Assembly (NCBI GenBank): GCA_963803145.1
Contig: CAWDLW010000014.1
Coordinates: 1 to 27,244 of the forward strand
Origin: Methanotrichaceae archaeon
GTDB taxonomy: Archaea > Halobacteriota > Methanosarcinia > Methanotrichales > Methanotrichaceae
Length of the DNA stretch: 27,244 nucleotides
Direction: 5' to 3'
The position numbers and the translations under genes are program-made. Positions 1 to 8,189 of this stretch are shown here, in pieces. The notes under the pieces were generated by a model. That model was not told the DNA's origin and ran no database searches. It worked only from the letters and a program-made list of their open reading frames with translations. Within the stretch, counting starts at the first letter, position 1, and each line of letters opens with the position of its first letter.

Positions 1-207
1 TCTCTTATAAAAAAAGATGATAATGCTAATAGATTAATAGAATTATTGAAACCTGAAAGCGAACTACGTAAATATCTCGAAGAGTATGTTGAACTTATAA
101 ACTCAAACAATTTGGAGTTAATGCGAACGAACCTCCGTGATAAGATTATCAATCGATACGCGAAATTAGAGGAAGAAATAGATGAGATTCAAGAATTCCT
201 TAATTAA
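1..207 (+). CDS. Hypothetical protein, 3' part only (runs in from the window edge)
   Basis: Frame 1 is open from base 1 (SLIKKDDNANRLIELL...EIQEFLN) to TAA at 205-207; helical, charged composition. Confidence 0.55.
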   Translation, partial: SLIKKDDNANRLIELLKPESELRKYLEEYVELINSNNLELMRTNLRDKIINRYAKLEEEIDEIQEFLN

Positions 208-296
208 CTGCCCCGATCTTATGTCAGAATGGGTCAAGTATACGCTTGATAATCTATTTATCTTCAGGAAAATATGGAAACATCGGAGGCTATTAA

Positions 297-515
297 ATGG
301 CTGAAGAAACCATCGATGAAAAGATACAAAAGATCAATGACACGTGTTTGAAAATAATACAAAAAAGGTTAGATTTTGAAACCGAAAAATCGACCACTTC
401 ATCCATTAACGAGGTAACTGAGGCCGGTAATGCGTTAAAGGCATTGGCTGAAGGAATATATCAATACAGACAAGAAACTACCAGATATATTGCAGAACAA
501 AAACAAAATCTGTGA
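297..515 (+). CDS. Hypothetical 72-aa protein
   Basis: ATG preceded by GGAGG; T-rich tract after the stop; no recognisable motif. Confidence 0.6.
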   Translation: MAEETIDEKIQKINDTCLKIIQKRLDFETEKSTTSSINEVTEAGNALKALAEGIYQYRQETTRYIAEQKQNL

Positions 516-784
516 AATAATATTGTAGCCTGCTTTTTGCACTAAACTTTTTTCCGAAAATGGTATACAGGAGTGTCACAAAGTAGCACGCGGGATTCAA
601 TATAATGCCCTATAATCGAAGATCTCAGAGTGGGATGGTACTTACTACCTTCATCGCCTAACCATCAGATGCTAAGAAAACTCTTTAAGCTTGATGAATG
701 AAGTAGCCAATGATGCACTAGCGGAAGTTATGGAGTATGGATTTATGATCGATGCTAATTTAACTCATCTTAATATTACTCTTA

Positions 785-1328
785 ATGCCAATTTATATAA
801 TCGAACCATCATTGCCGTGGTGGTCTTCTTTAATAAACCCAACAAATTGGCTACCGTTATTAGTAGTGATAATTGGCGCATTTGCGACATATTTCTATGC
901 TAATCGTCTTGAGGATAAAAAGAACAGATATGATCTAAAGGTAAGAGTCTATTTTGAAGCATTAGATGTGGTTCACTCGCTGAATTATCTCAGAGATCAA
1001 AGGGATATGTTAACTAAGACGACTCCGCAAAGTGAACCAGAAAAAAAAATTTGCGTTAGAGAAGATGAAAGAAATATCTGGAAAATTCGATGAAGCCCTT
1101 ACTTCATTATCACAACTTATAGCAAAATTACAAGTTGTGGGCAATGATGAAATTTTAAAACGTTTTATTGATTTTTATAATTATTCAAGAACGCCCACAG
1201 CCGATACGAATGTTATTGTGAACAAGCAAGTGGATTTAACCCAAGCAATACGCAAAGACCTAATGGGAGAGAAAAACATTGATTGGCTCACATCTATAAT
1301 AGAAAAAAATAAAGAGGCTAAGCATTGA
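785..1328 (+). pseudogene. Membrane-anchored hypothetical protein split by a frameshift in an A9 run
   Basis: ORF 785..1093 (TM helix WLPLLVVIIGAFATYFY) and ORF 1032..1328 join into one frame (...PEKKFALEKMKE...) if one A is removed from A9 at 1041-1049. Confidence 0.6.
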
Positions 1329-1469
1329 TGGCTACTCGTATCTATTTCATCTTGGATTGACTTCCGGCTAAGATCTTTGAAGGTGTTAGGTGACTGGGTA
1401 CTTGCAAAGTATGCACGAAAATATATATAATAGTTAACATTCATTATAAAATGGCAGTCTGGAGATATC

Positions 1470-1490
1470 GGTATCGGCAAAGCCGATACC
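1470..1490. terminator. Perfect 9-bp hairpin, possible terminator or processing signal
   Basis: GGTATCGGC-AAA-GCCGATACC, directly 3' of the minus-strand RNA candidate. Confidence 0.45.
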
Positions 1491-1499
1491 ATAAACAAG

Positions 1500-1592
1500 T
1501 GAGGCATAGGTAATGCAGCTGGATTTTAACCCAGCTCCCCTTTTACAGGGACCTATTCCCCAAAGGGATTAGGCTACTTTACCTATGCCTCA
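1500..1592 (-). ncRNA. Candidate structured ncRNA, four-way junction with tRNA-like T-arm
   Basis: 14-bp perfect terminal stem TGAGGCATAGGTAA/TTACCTATGCCTCA enclosing three contiguous hairpins; G-U pairs favour the minus strand; TATA about 27 nt upstream. Confidence 0.55.
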
Positions 1593-1615
1593 AACTATAT
1601 ATTACATCCTAAATT

Positions 1616-1629
1616 ATTTATAATTTGTG
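1616..1629 (-). promoter_or_regulatory. Putative BRE/TATA for the ncRNA candidate
   Basis: Minus strand reads CACAAA-TTATAAAT, centred about 27 nt upstream of 1592. Confidence 0.4.
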
Positions 1630-1818
1630 GTCGATAATATATCGAACGGCCATTACATAACCGCTGAGCCAGAGATTTATAAGAAAGTCCACCAGACCGA
1701 TTTCACGTCCCTTTACCCATCGATAATCGTAAAGTATAACCTCTCGCCTGAAACCCTGGAGCATCCTGAGAAGAAGGGTTTCTTAGGCAGCATCCTCTTA
1801 TCGCTGCTGAACCATTAG
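1627..1818 (+). pseudogene. Internal fragment of a family B DNA polymerase (PolB2-like)
   Basis: Motif A DFTSLYPSIIVKYNLSPET; no upstream or downstream polymerase sequence in frame. Confidence 0.8.
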
Positions 1819-2024
1819 AAAGCTAACGATTCATCGCAGAGCCAGCAGGCTGTGCTATTCCCATAGATGTGCTGAGGCGTCGGCTGTGAAGGCTTACACA
1901 AAGAGCTGAATCGATCTTGCAGCATTTGCCCTCTTTGAATACGATTGCAATACCTGTTAGGACTAGACCGCAAATAAATTTATAATAGAAAACAGCCATA
2001 CTTATATCCTACTGAGGAGTCATA

Positions 2025-2219
2025 ATGCCAAATGGAACTGTAAAGTTTTTCAACACCACTAAGGGACTGGGGCTTATAAAAGGCGATGATGGAAGAGATT
2101 ATTCAGTTCATTCTTCGGGTGTGGAAGCTGGCGCTACAATACATGAAGGCGATAAAGTACGCTTCGAGATAGTGGGCGGCGAGAGAGGCTCCAGGGCAAA
2201 TAAAGTAGAGAAAGTATGA
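2025..2219 (+). CDS. cspA: Cold-shock domain protein
   Basis: GTVKFFNTTKGLGLI (RNP1-like), SVHSS (RNP2-like), EGDKVRFEI; GAGGAG RBS. Confidence 0.92.
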   Translation: MPNGTVKFFNTTKGLGLIKGDDGRDYSVHSSGVEAGATIHEGDKVRFEIVGGERGSRANKVEKV

Positions 2220-2360
2220 AGCTTAAGCAGTTGTTTTGTACCTTGGCCTGGATGCTAAATAAAATTGAAGAAAAATAGTCGCTAAACGCGAGATAAGCGT
2301 CTTCTGATGGATTATGGAATGATCAGCGAGAATATTCCCGCCGATCGGAAATTCCATAGC

Positions 2361-3251
2361 TTATGTTGTCCATTTCCAGGCATTTCCACCTGTTGATGTT
2401 CTAGCATAGGACAGACCATTATGAGAACTGGCTCCAGTATACGTTACAGAGTCTATCCTATTGCCGTCTGAATCATAGAGGGTGACCCCTTGATGGTCTC
2501 TTGTAAGTCCAGTTACATCAACTGCCACGAATCCAGATGGAGCAATCTCTTCATTATTTATCATTCCAATAACATACCCTGTTATATTTTTCATATACCA
2601 CTGATTCATATTTACTGGATTGTCCCCCATATTATACAGCACTACATTTCCATTCCCGTACTCTGTAGACGTTTCTGTATAGGGAGAGATCTTATTTATT
2701 ACTACTGAATTCGCTGGATCGTCTGATATCTGTCCTGCCGTTATGGGATCAGCCCCACCTGATACTCCGCTAGAGCTTCCACCGGAATTGCTCTGAGAGT
2801 TGCCACTAGATGCACTATTGCTGCCACTGTTGCTATTGCTGCCTGAGCCCCCACTTGATCCTCCATTTCCTCCAGCAGGGTCACTTCCGGAATTTCCCCC
2901 GGATATGTCACTATTACTTCCGCTAGAGCTACCACCGGAACCATCATTACTGCTTCCACCAGAGTTGCTTCCAGAGCCATCATTACCATTTCCGCCGGAG
3001 TTGCCCCCAGAGCCTCCATTATCGTTTCCTCCGGAGCTCCCTCCAGAAACGGGATCTCCAGTTACAACTGTTGACACCTGAGTAATGTCACCGCCATTAA
3101 TATTATTGTCCGCTGCCACCAACTGTTCGCTTACGGTATTATCATTGCCGTCTCCGCCAACGACCGTTTGGCTAATGAAAAATGCAATTGGAAATACAAA
3201 TAGCATAGAGGCTATCATTGTAGTAACTATCCTTTTCAACATATACCTCAC
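2361..3251 (-). CDS. Secreted Gly/Ser/Asn-rich protein with C-terminal lamin-tail-like domain
   Basis: N-terminal hydrophobic segment, long G/S/N low-complexity linker, then VVINKISP...VVLYNMGDNPVNMNQWY...VTLYDSDGNRIDSVTY. Confidence 0.75.
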   Translation of the reverse strand: MRYMLKRIVTTMIASMLFVFPIAFFISQTVVGGDGNDNTVSEQLVAADNNINGGDITQVSTVVTGDPVSGGSSGGNDNGGSGGNSGGNGNDGSGSNSGGSSNDGSGGSSSGSNSDISGGNSGSDPAGGNGGSSGGSGSNSNSGSNSASSGNSQSNSGGSSSGVSGGADPITAGQISDDPANSVVINKISPYTETSTEYGNGNVVLYNMGDNPVNMNQWYMKNITGYVIGMINNEEIAPSGFVAVDVTGLTRDHQGVTLYDSDGNRIDSVTYTGASSHNGLSYARTSTGGNAWKWTT

Positions 3252-3589
3252 ACACCCGTATTTATTTTACGTATGATACTTACAATTCATAAATTAGTTT
3301 ATAGACTTTTAAAAGGATACGAAACTTAGTTAATTATTCTAAGGATCTGAATTAAAGACATAACCAAAAAAACGATATTCATTATACCAGTATGTACGAT
3401 AGGATGCTGCTTTAGCGCTTTAGATTCTTGGCCTTCGCGAGCGTATCTTCCGAGATGAGCTTCTTAGCGCTTCTATACTTATCTCGTTATTGTCATGATG
3501 ATCATACGTGAGAAACTCATATAGTAATCATTAACACAGAGATAAATTTTTTGTCATTCACTGATGATGTAGCGTTTAACTGATGAAGC

Positions 3590-4201
3590 TTATATAGCCC
3601 TCTCAATAGTCTTTTTTGAGACCTCATAGCCTAAACTATAATCTGCGCTATATAGCCTACTGCCCTCTGCTACTCTGATAAATGAATTGATATCTGATGA
3701 TTCCAATAGCGGCACAAATTTCTTTATTTTTTCAATAGGCCAATCCCACCAGCATATCCTTTTAAGGGCTTCTATCTGGTCTTTAGTGAATCTATATCGG
3801 ATATGTTTGGCAGGATTGCCAGCGACAATCTCATAGTCCCCAACATCATGTGATATTACGCTGTCCGCCCCTATAACCGCACCATCTCCAACTGTGATGC
3901 CTGAGAGGATTGTGGCATTCATGCCGATCCATACATCATTGCCGATATGGATATCTCCCTTGGCAGTAGAGTAGGCGGGGTTTCTCTGAAAACCATCTAT
4001 TTCACATCCAAATGGGTAAGTGGTTATCCAATCGGTTCTATGTTCCCCCCCGATTATCATTTTTACGCCTTCTGCGATCGAGCAGAATTTTCCTATATAA
4101 ACATGATACTTGTTTCCCCCTAAATAAATATGGGGATATCCGTAAGTGTATTCACCGATGTGAACATTATCATCTTCTATTAGGTCTGTAGTGAAATGCA
4201 T
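3590..4201 (-). CDS. CatB/Vat-related hexapeptide-repeat O-acetyltransferase
   Basis: IGKFCSIA, HRTDWITTYPF, IGNDVWIG, VAGNPAK, WWDW motifs; ATG at 4201 preferred (AGGTG RBS), alternative GTG at 4210. Confidence 0.88.
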   Translation of the reverse strand: MHFTTDLIEDDNVHIGEYTYGYPHIYLGGNKYHVYIGKFCSIAEGVKMIIGGEHRTDWITTYPFGCEIDGFQRNPAYSTAKGDIHIGNDVWIGMNATILSGITVGDGAVIGADSVISHDVGDYEIVAGNPAKHIRYRFTKDQIEALKRICWWDWPIEKIKKFVPLLESSDINSFIRVAEGSRLYSADYSLGYEVSKKTIERAI

Positions 4202-4275
4202 AACCTGCACCTTCTATTACGATTTCGAGACCATTGGATGTGGCGAGCTTCAGTTACGGTTATCGCTGATATAGT

Positions 4276-4293
4276 GGTTATCGTGCGATAACC
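4276..4293. promoter_or_regulatory. Perfect 8-2-8 palindrome, candidate operator
   Basis: GGTTATCG-TG-CGATAACC, just downstream of a minus-strand TATA-like TTTTAATAA (4309-4301). Confidence 0.45.
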
Positions 4294-4573
4294 TGCTAAC
4301 TTATTAAAAGGCGTCATAGTTTTGCGAGTATAAATGCTTTTGTATATAGGCTCGATGATACACCCCCGGTGGCTTTTTGGGAGACTCATGATATCCTGAG
4401 CACTCAGTTTCAGGGATGAACATGGTTGTATGTTCGGGCTCTCCACCTAGAAGGTCTCTCATGAAATAAAATGTAAGCGCGTTTATAATATTTTCCGATA
4501 GAGGTTTAAAGCGCTCAAAGAAGTACAGCCTCAAGACGGCCTTACAAGTTGTGTACATCGAGAGGCGCTCTAT

Positions 4574-5071
4574 CTAATAGATGCCATCTACCATAGTCTT
4601 TTCATTGCACGGATACAATCCTTTTTTCTTCATCTGTATCTGAGCAGATTGTAAAGCTACTCTAATATCATTAAGGGTCGCAGGCTTGGTGAGATAATCG
4701 TTCATGCCGACATTTTTGCAGGTTTCCCTATCAAATCTATCTGCGTAAGCAGTTATTGCAATAATGTAAGGTTGCTCTTTGCCAGCCAAATTTTCACGTA
4801 TTGTTTGTGCGGCTCGAAGACCATCCAATATAGGCATCTGAAGATCCATAAATATCAGATCGTAATGTTGATTCTCTAAAGCTTGGACAGCCTCTTTGCC
4901 ATTGGTTACCATATCGGCCTTATGCCCTAAACGGCTTAGCATTAGCTGCAGTAGCTTCCGGTTGACTGCAACGTCATCAACAATAAGTATGCGTAATGTA
5001 GATATGCATTCTTTAGCCCACATTTTCGACATCCTACTATTTGCTTTCCCATTCAGCAGGGTGAACCCCAT
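4574..5071 (-). CDS. Stand-alone response regulator receiver protein
   Basis: ILIVDD, DLIFMDLQMPILDG (phospho-Asp), IIAITA, YLTKP. Confidence 0.9.
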   Translation of the reverse strand: MGFTLLNGKANSRMSKMWAKECISTLRILIVDDVAVNRKLLQLMLSRLGHKADMVTNGKEAVQALENQHYDLIFMDLQMPILDGLRAAQTIRENLAGKEQPYIIAITAYADRFDRETCKNVGMNDYLTKPATLNDIRVALQSAQIQMKKKGLYPCNEKTMVDGIY

Positions 5072-5217
5072 TCATAAATATTTCGCATGAGTTAGCCATA
5101 GCTTTACCAGGTTTTCAGTCCTAAATTTGCCGTGGTGTTGATCACTAATGCTCTATGGGATATGCCATAATGGTTTATCTGATTCTGGGATAACAGGATA
5201 TGTAAATTCTTGCATAT

Positions 5218-5601
5218 TTAAGGACGGTTAATATTCTTCAAAGCACTCTCCAGATCCTTTAATCTCACAGGCTTGATAATACAATCATTCATACCTGCTT
5301 CGAGGCACATCTCTCTAATACCAGGAACGGCGTAGGCCGTAATTGCTATTATTTTTAGCCCATTTTGATTGATCTTACGTATTTTCCGAGCGGCTTCCAG
5401 GCCATCCATCTCCAGCATTACTATATCCATAAATACCAAATCGTAATGATTGTGCTCGATGGCCTTGATAGCCTCGTGCGCACTCGACACTGCATCGGCC
5501 TTGTAGCCCAGGCGTTCGAGCATCGTTTTTTCTACTTTTTCACTTGAGGCATTATCTTCAACGAGTAAAACGCGCGTATTGTTAATGCTATCTCTAACCA
5601 T
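5218..5601 (-). CDS. Stand-alone response regulator receiver protein
   Basis: VLLVEDN, DLVFMDIVMLEMDG, IIAITA, IIKPV. Confidence 0.9.
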   Translation of the reverse strand: MVRDSINNTRVLLVEDNASSEKVEKTMLERLGYKADAVSSAHEAIKAIEHNHYDLVFMDIVMLEMDGLEAARKIRKINQNGLKIIAITAYAVPGIREMCLEAGMNDCIIKPVRLKDLESALKNINRP

Positions 5602-5897
5602 CCACTGAACCCCGCAATTACAAACAACTACTTATATAAAAAATATCCCTAACATGTTGATTAAAAATAAACAGTAAATCATATTACAACACGATTTTTA
5701 TCATATCAGCCTAAGTTAAAAAAAAATCTAATATCCCATTAGGGAATCCATCTGTTAGAAGATTATCCTTTATACTTCAGGCTTCGCTTAAATGATGGTT
5801 TATGAACTATTTTGATGCAAGCCAGCCCATATTTGCTTCAGCTGTTCGGAGGAATATCCAGGAGAACCACGTTGTATAAAGTTTGCCGGTAAAATCA

Positions 5898-5972
5898 TGC
5901 TCCGGTTGGGATTTGAACCCAAGTCGAAGGAGTGAGAGTCCTTCATGATTGGCCGAGCTACACTACCGGAGC
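5898..5972 (-). tRNA. trnE: tRNA-Glu (CTC)
   Basis: Acceptor GCTCCGG/CCGGAGC-A, anticodon arm AAGGA-CTCTCAC-TCCTT, T-arm GGGTTCAAATCCC; no encoded CCA, no intron. Confidence 0.97.
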
Positions 5973-5996
5973 GCGGAATTGGGGTAGTTTCTTCTA

Positions 5997-6698
5997 TCAT
6001 TTAAGGCTTGTGGCCCGCTGATAATAGTCGCATATAGGCCACAGGCTGCACTGATCATGCTTGGGATCCCGTGCCTTACATATAAGCCTGCCATGTCTAA
6101 TCAGGTTCAAGTGTAATGTTAGATATTTGTCAGGTGGCGTTATCTCCTCGAGAATGCTCTCTGCTTTCTCAATGTTTGTATCCTCAGGCACGAGTCCAAG
6201 CCTACGTGAGACACGGTAAACATGTGTATCAACCGGCATGAAAGGCATGCCAAATGCGAATAGAAGGACTACGGAAGCAGTCTTAGGGCCGACTCCTGGA
6301 ATCGATAGAAGATAATCTCTTGCGGCATCCTTATCCATGCCCTTAAGGAAGCTAAGATCTATTGATCCTGCATCTTCTTTTATTCTCAATAGTGCACCCT
6401 TAATTCTGTGTGCCTTGATATCCGGAAGGCCCCCTATACGAATATGCTCAGAGATTTCATTTTCTGGCGCTGAAAGGAGCATATTGTAATCCGGGTATGC
6501 AGACTTAAGCCTGCCGAAAGCCCTGATGCTGTTCACATCACTCGTGTTCTGGGATAGAATAGTCTCCACCAGTAGATCGACTGGATCTATAACTGAAGCC
6601 TCTGGAATTCCATAAAGATCTTCAAGAATACTGATACATCTTATCACCTTATCAGGCATGGTTCTCTTAAGCCTCGTCATCCTTCTCTCAGCACGCAT
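5997..6698 (-). CDS. nth: Endonuclease III (HhH-GPD DNA glycosylase/AP lyase)
   Basis: ILSQNTSD, HhH LLSIPGVGPKTA (catalytic Lys), VDTHVYR (catalytic Asp), C-terminal Fe-S loop; start uncertain. Confidence 0.88.
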   Translation of the reverse strand: MRAERRMTRLKRTMPDKVIRCISILEDLYGIPEASVIDPVDLLVETILSQNTSDVNSIRAFGRLKSAYPDYNMLLSAPENEISEHIRIGGLPDIKAHRIKGALLRIKEDAGSIDLSFLKGMDKDAARDYLLSIPGVGPKTASVVLLFAFGMPFMPVDTHVYRVSRRLGLVPEDTNIEKAESILEEITPPDKYLTLHLNLIRHGRLICKARDPKHDQCSLWPICDYYQRATSLK

Positions 6699-6775
6699 CA
6701 GCTTAAATTCTGCTATACGATTTTATAAGGATTGGCTAGCAAAAATTATTATCCAAGAGAGCAAGTTGATCAGTG

Positions 6776-8020
6776 ATGGATTTCACCGACATATACCCTT
6801 TCATAATCTCTCTTCTTATAGGCGCTCTAATAGGAACTGAGCGACAGCGAAGGATTGCTGAGGAAAAGACCCGGGGGGTTGCGGGACTGCGCACCTTCAC
6901 ACTCATCGCCCTTCTGGGCACCCTCTCCGCATTTCTGTCGGACCATTACGGCCAGATGTTTGCCGTTGTAGCCTTTGCAAGCTTTACAATCGTTGTCGGC
7001 ATAGGTTATGTCGCCTCAGTCAGCTCTCTAGGGCGGCTTGATTTCACTGCTGCCGTAGCTGCGATTCTGACATTCAGCCTCGGAATGCTCGCCAGCTTTC
7101 AGGAGAGCATATTGCTGGCAGTCTCATTGGCAGTAATAACAACCTGGATTTTGGCAACACGCACAATCACTCATCGCTATGTTGAGGCACTCAGCGAGAC
7201 TGATCTTCTCGATACTCTGAAGATGGGGATAATCGCTCTTGTAATCTATCCTCTGCTACCGGACCAGCCGCTAGATCCGTTTATGGTGCTCAATCCAAGG
7301 CAGATCTGGCTCTTTGTTGTGCTTGTCAGCCTCATAGGCTATATCGGCTATGTCCTCATCCGCATCCTCGGCGCAGAACGCGGGCTGAGCTTGACTGGAG
7401 TTCTTGGAGGCCTTGTCTCGAGTACTGCAGTCACGACAGCAATGGCCTCGGAGGTCAAGGTAAACAAGGAGATAATGACCTCTGCAGTGTTCGCAACAAC
7501 TATTGCAAGCTGCACAATGTTTCCGAGGATTCTTTTTATAGTGCTGGTGGTCGACAAGAATCTTTTCTTTCCGCTTCTCCCTCAGCTGCTCGGCATGACT
7601 TCCATAGGTATTGCCTTAGCATATGTTCGCATGAGAAACAATGAGCCTGTAGGAAGAAATGTAGAGGTCAAGGACCCATTCAGGATTCTTCCAGCATTGA
7701 AGTTCGGAGCCTTCTTCGCGTTTGTGCTTCTTGCCTCAAAGCTGGCAAGCATTTATTTCGGGAACACTGGAACCTACGCAGCCAGCATAATGGCTGGGCT
7801 TGCGGATGTAGATGCAATAACTTTATCGATGGCGACACTGGCAAAATCAAGCATTCCGCAAAATATAGCCGTTGTATCCATCACACTTGCCGCGATTACA
7901 AATACGCTCGTTAAGCTCTCCATAGCCTACATACTGGGCAACAGGGATTTCGGAAACAGGTTGGCGGTAGTATTTATACCGATGGTGATAATAGGGATAA
8001 TAATAATGATATTGACATAA
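6776..8020 (+). CDS. MgtC/SapB family membrane protein with DUF4010
   Basis: IGALIGTERQ, AGLRTFTLI, GGLVSSTAVT, GLADVDAIT; many TM helices. Confidence 0.88.
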   Translation: MDFTDIYPFIISLLIGALIGTERQRRIAEEKTRGVAGLRTFTLIALLGTLSAFLSDHYGQMFAVVAFASFTIVVGIGYVASVSSLGRLDFTAAVAAILTFSLGMLASFQESILLAVSLAVITTWILATRTITHRYVEALSETDLLDTLKMGIIALVIYPLLPDQPLDPFMVLNPRQIWLFVVLVSLIGYIGYVLIRILGAERGLSLTGVLGGLVSSTAVTTAMASEVKVNKEIMTSAVFATTIASCTMFPRILFIVLVVDKNLFFPLLPQLLGMTSIGIALAYVRMRNNEPVGRNVEVKDPFRILPALKFGAFFAFVLLASKLASIYFGNTGTYAASIMAGLADVDAITLSMATLAKSSIPQNIAVVSITLAAITNTLVKLSIAYILGNRDFGNRLAVVFIPMVIIGIIIMILT

Positions 8021-8081
8021 GCATAAGTAAATAGAAAAGAATCAGACAATACTGATCACAGAATAAAAAAACCGAGAGCTA

Positions 8082-8155
8082 TGGGCCCGACGCGATTCGA
8101 ACGCGTGATCCCCGCCGTGTAAGGGCGATGTCATAACCACCTAGACCACGGGCCC
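8082..8155 (-). tRNA. trnV: tRNA-Val (TAC)
   Basis: Acceptor GGGCCCG/CGGGCCC-A, anticodon arm TCGCC-CTTACAC-GGCGG, T-arm CGCG-TTCGAAT-CGCG. Confidence 0.97.
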
Positions 8156-8189
8156 TGCTCTCTCCACTATCTCCTCGTGATATTAGATC

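Noticed and set aside
532-545. GCTTTTTGCACTAA matches the reverse complement of the inner IS630 right end (11700-11713)
   Set aside because: The outer TIR and transposase remnants are absent; it sits in a T-rich terminator-like tract and could be chance.
1500-1592. Bona fide tRNA-Tyr (CUGUAAA in the middle arm)
   Set aside because: The stem closes a 5-nt loop, there is no D-loop GG, and the terminal stem is 14 bp; kept only as tRNA-like.
2741-3276. Pro/Leu-rich and other ORFs overlapping the Gly/Ser-rich gene
   Set aside because: Antisense or alternative-frame artefacts of low-complexity coding DNA.
3495-3587. C/D-box sRNA (ATGATGA and CTGA motifs)
   Set aside because: Box order and spacing do not fit the compact archaeal C-D'-C'-D layout.
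3590-4201. Acquired antibiotic resistance gene (cat/vat)
   Set aside because: Family motifs do not define the substrate; no mobile context adjacent; many homologues acetylate sugars.
4304-4558. 84-aa minus-strand ORF
   Set aside because: No motif, no clear RBS and competing overlapping ORFs; cannot be supported.
5800-6000. 66-aa ORF
   Set aside because: It overlaps tRNA-Glu entirely.
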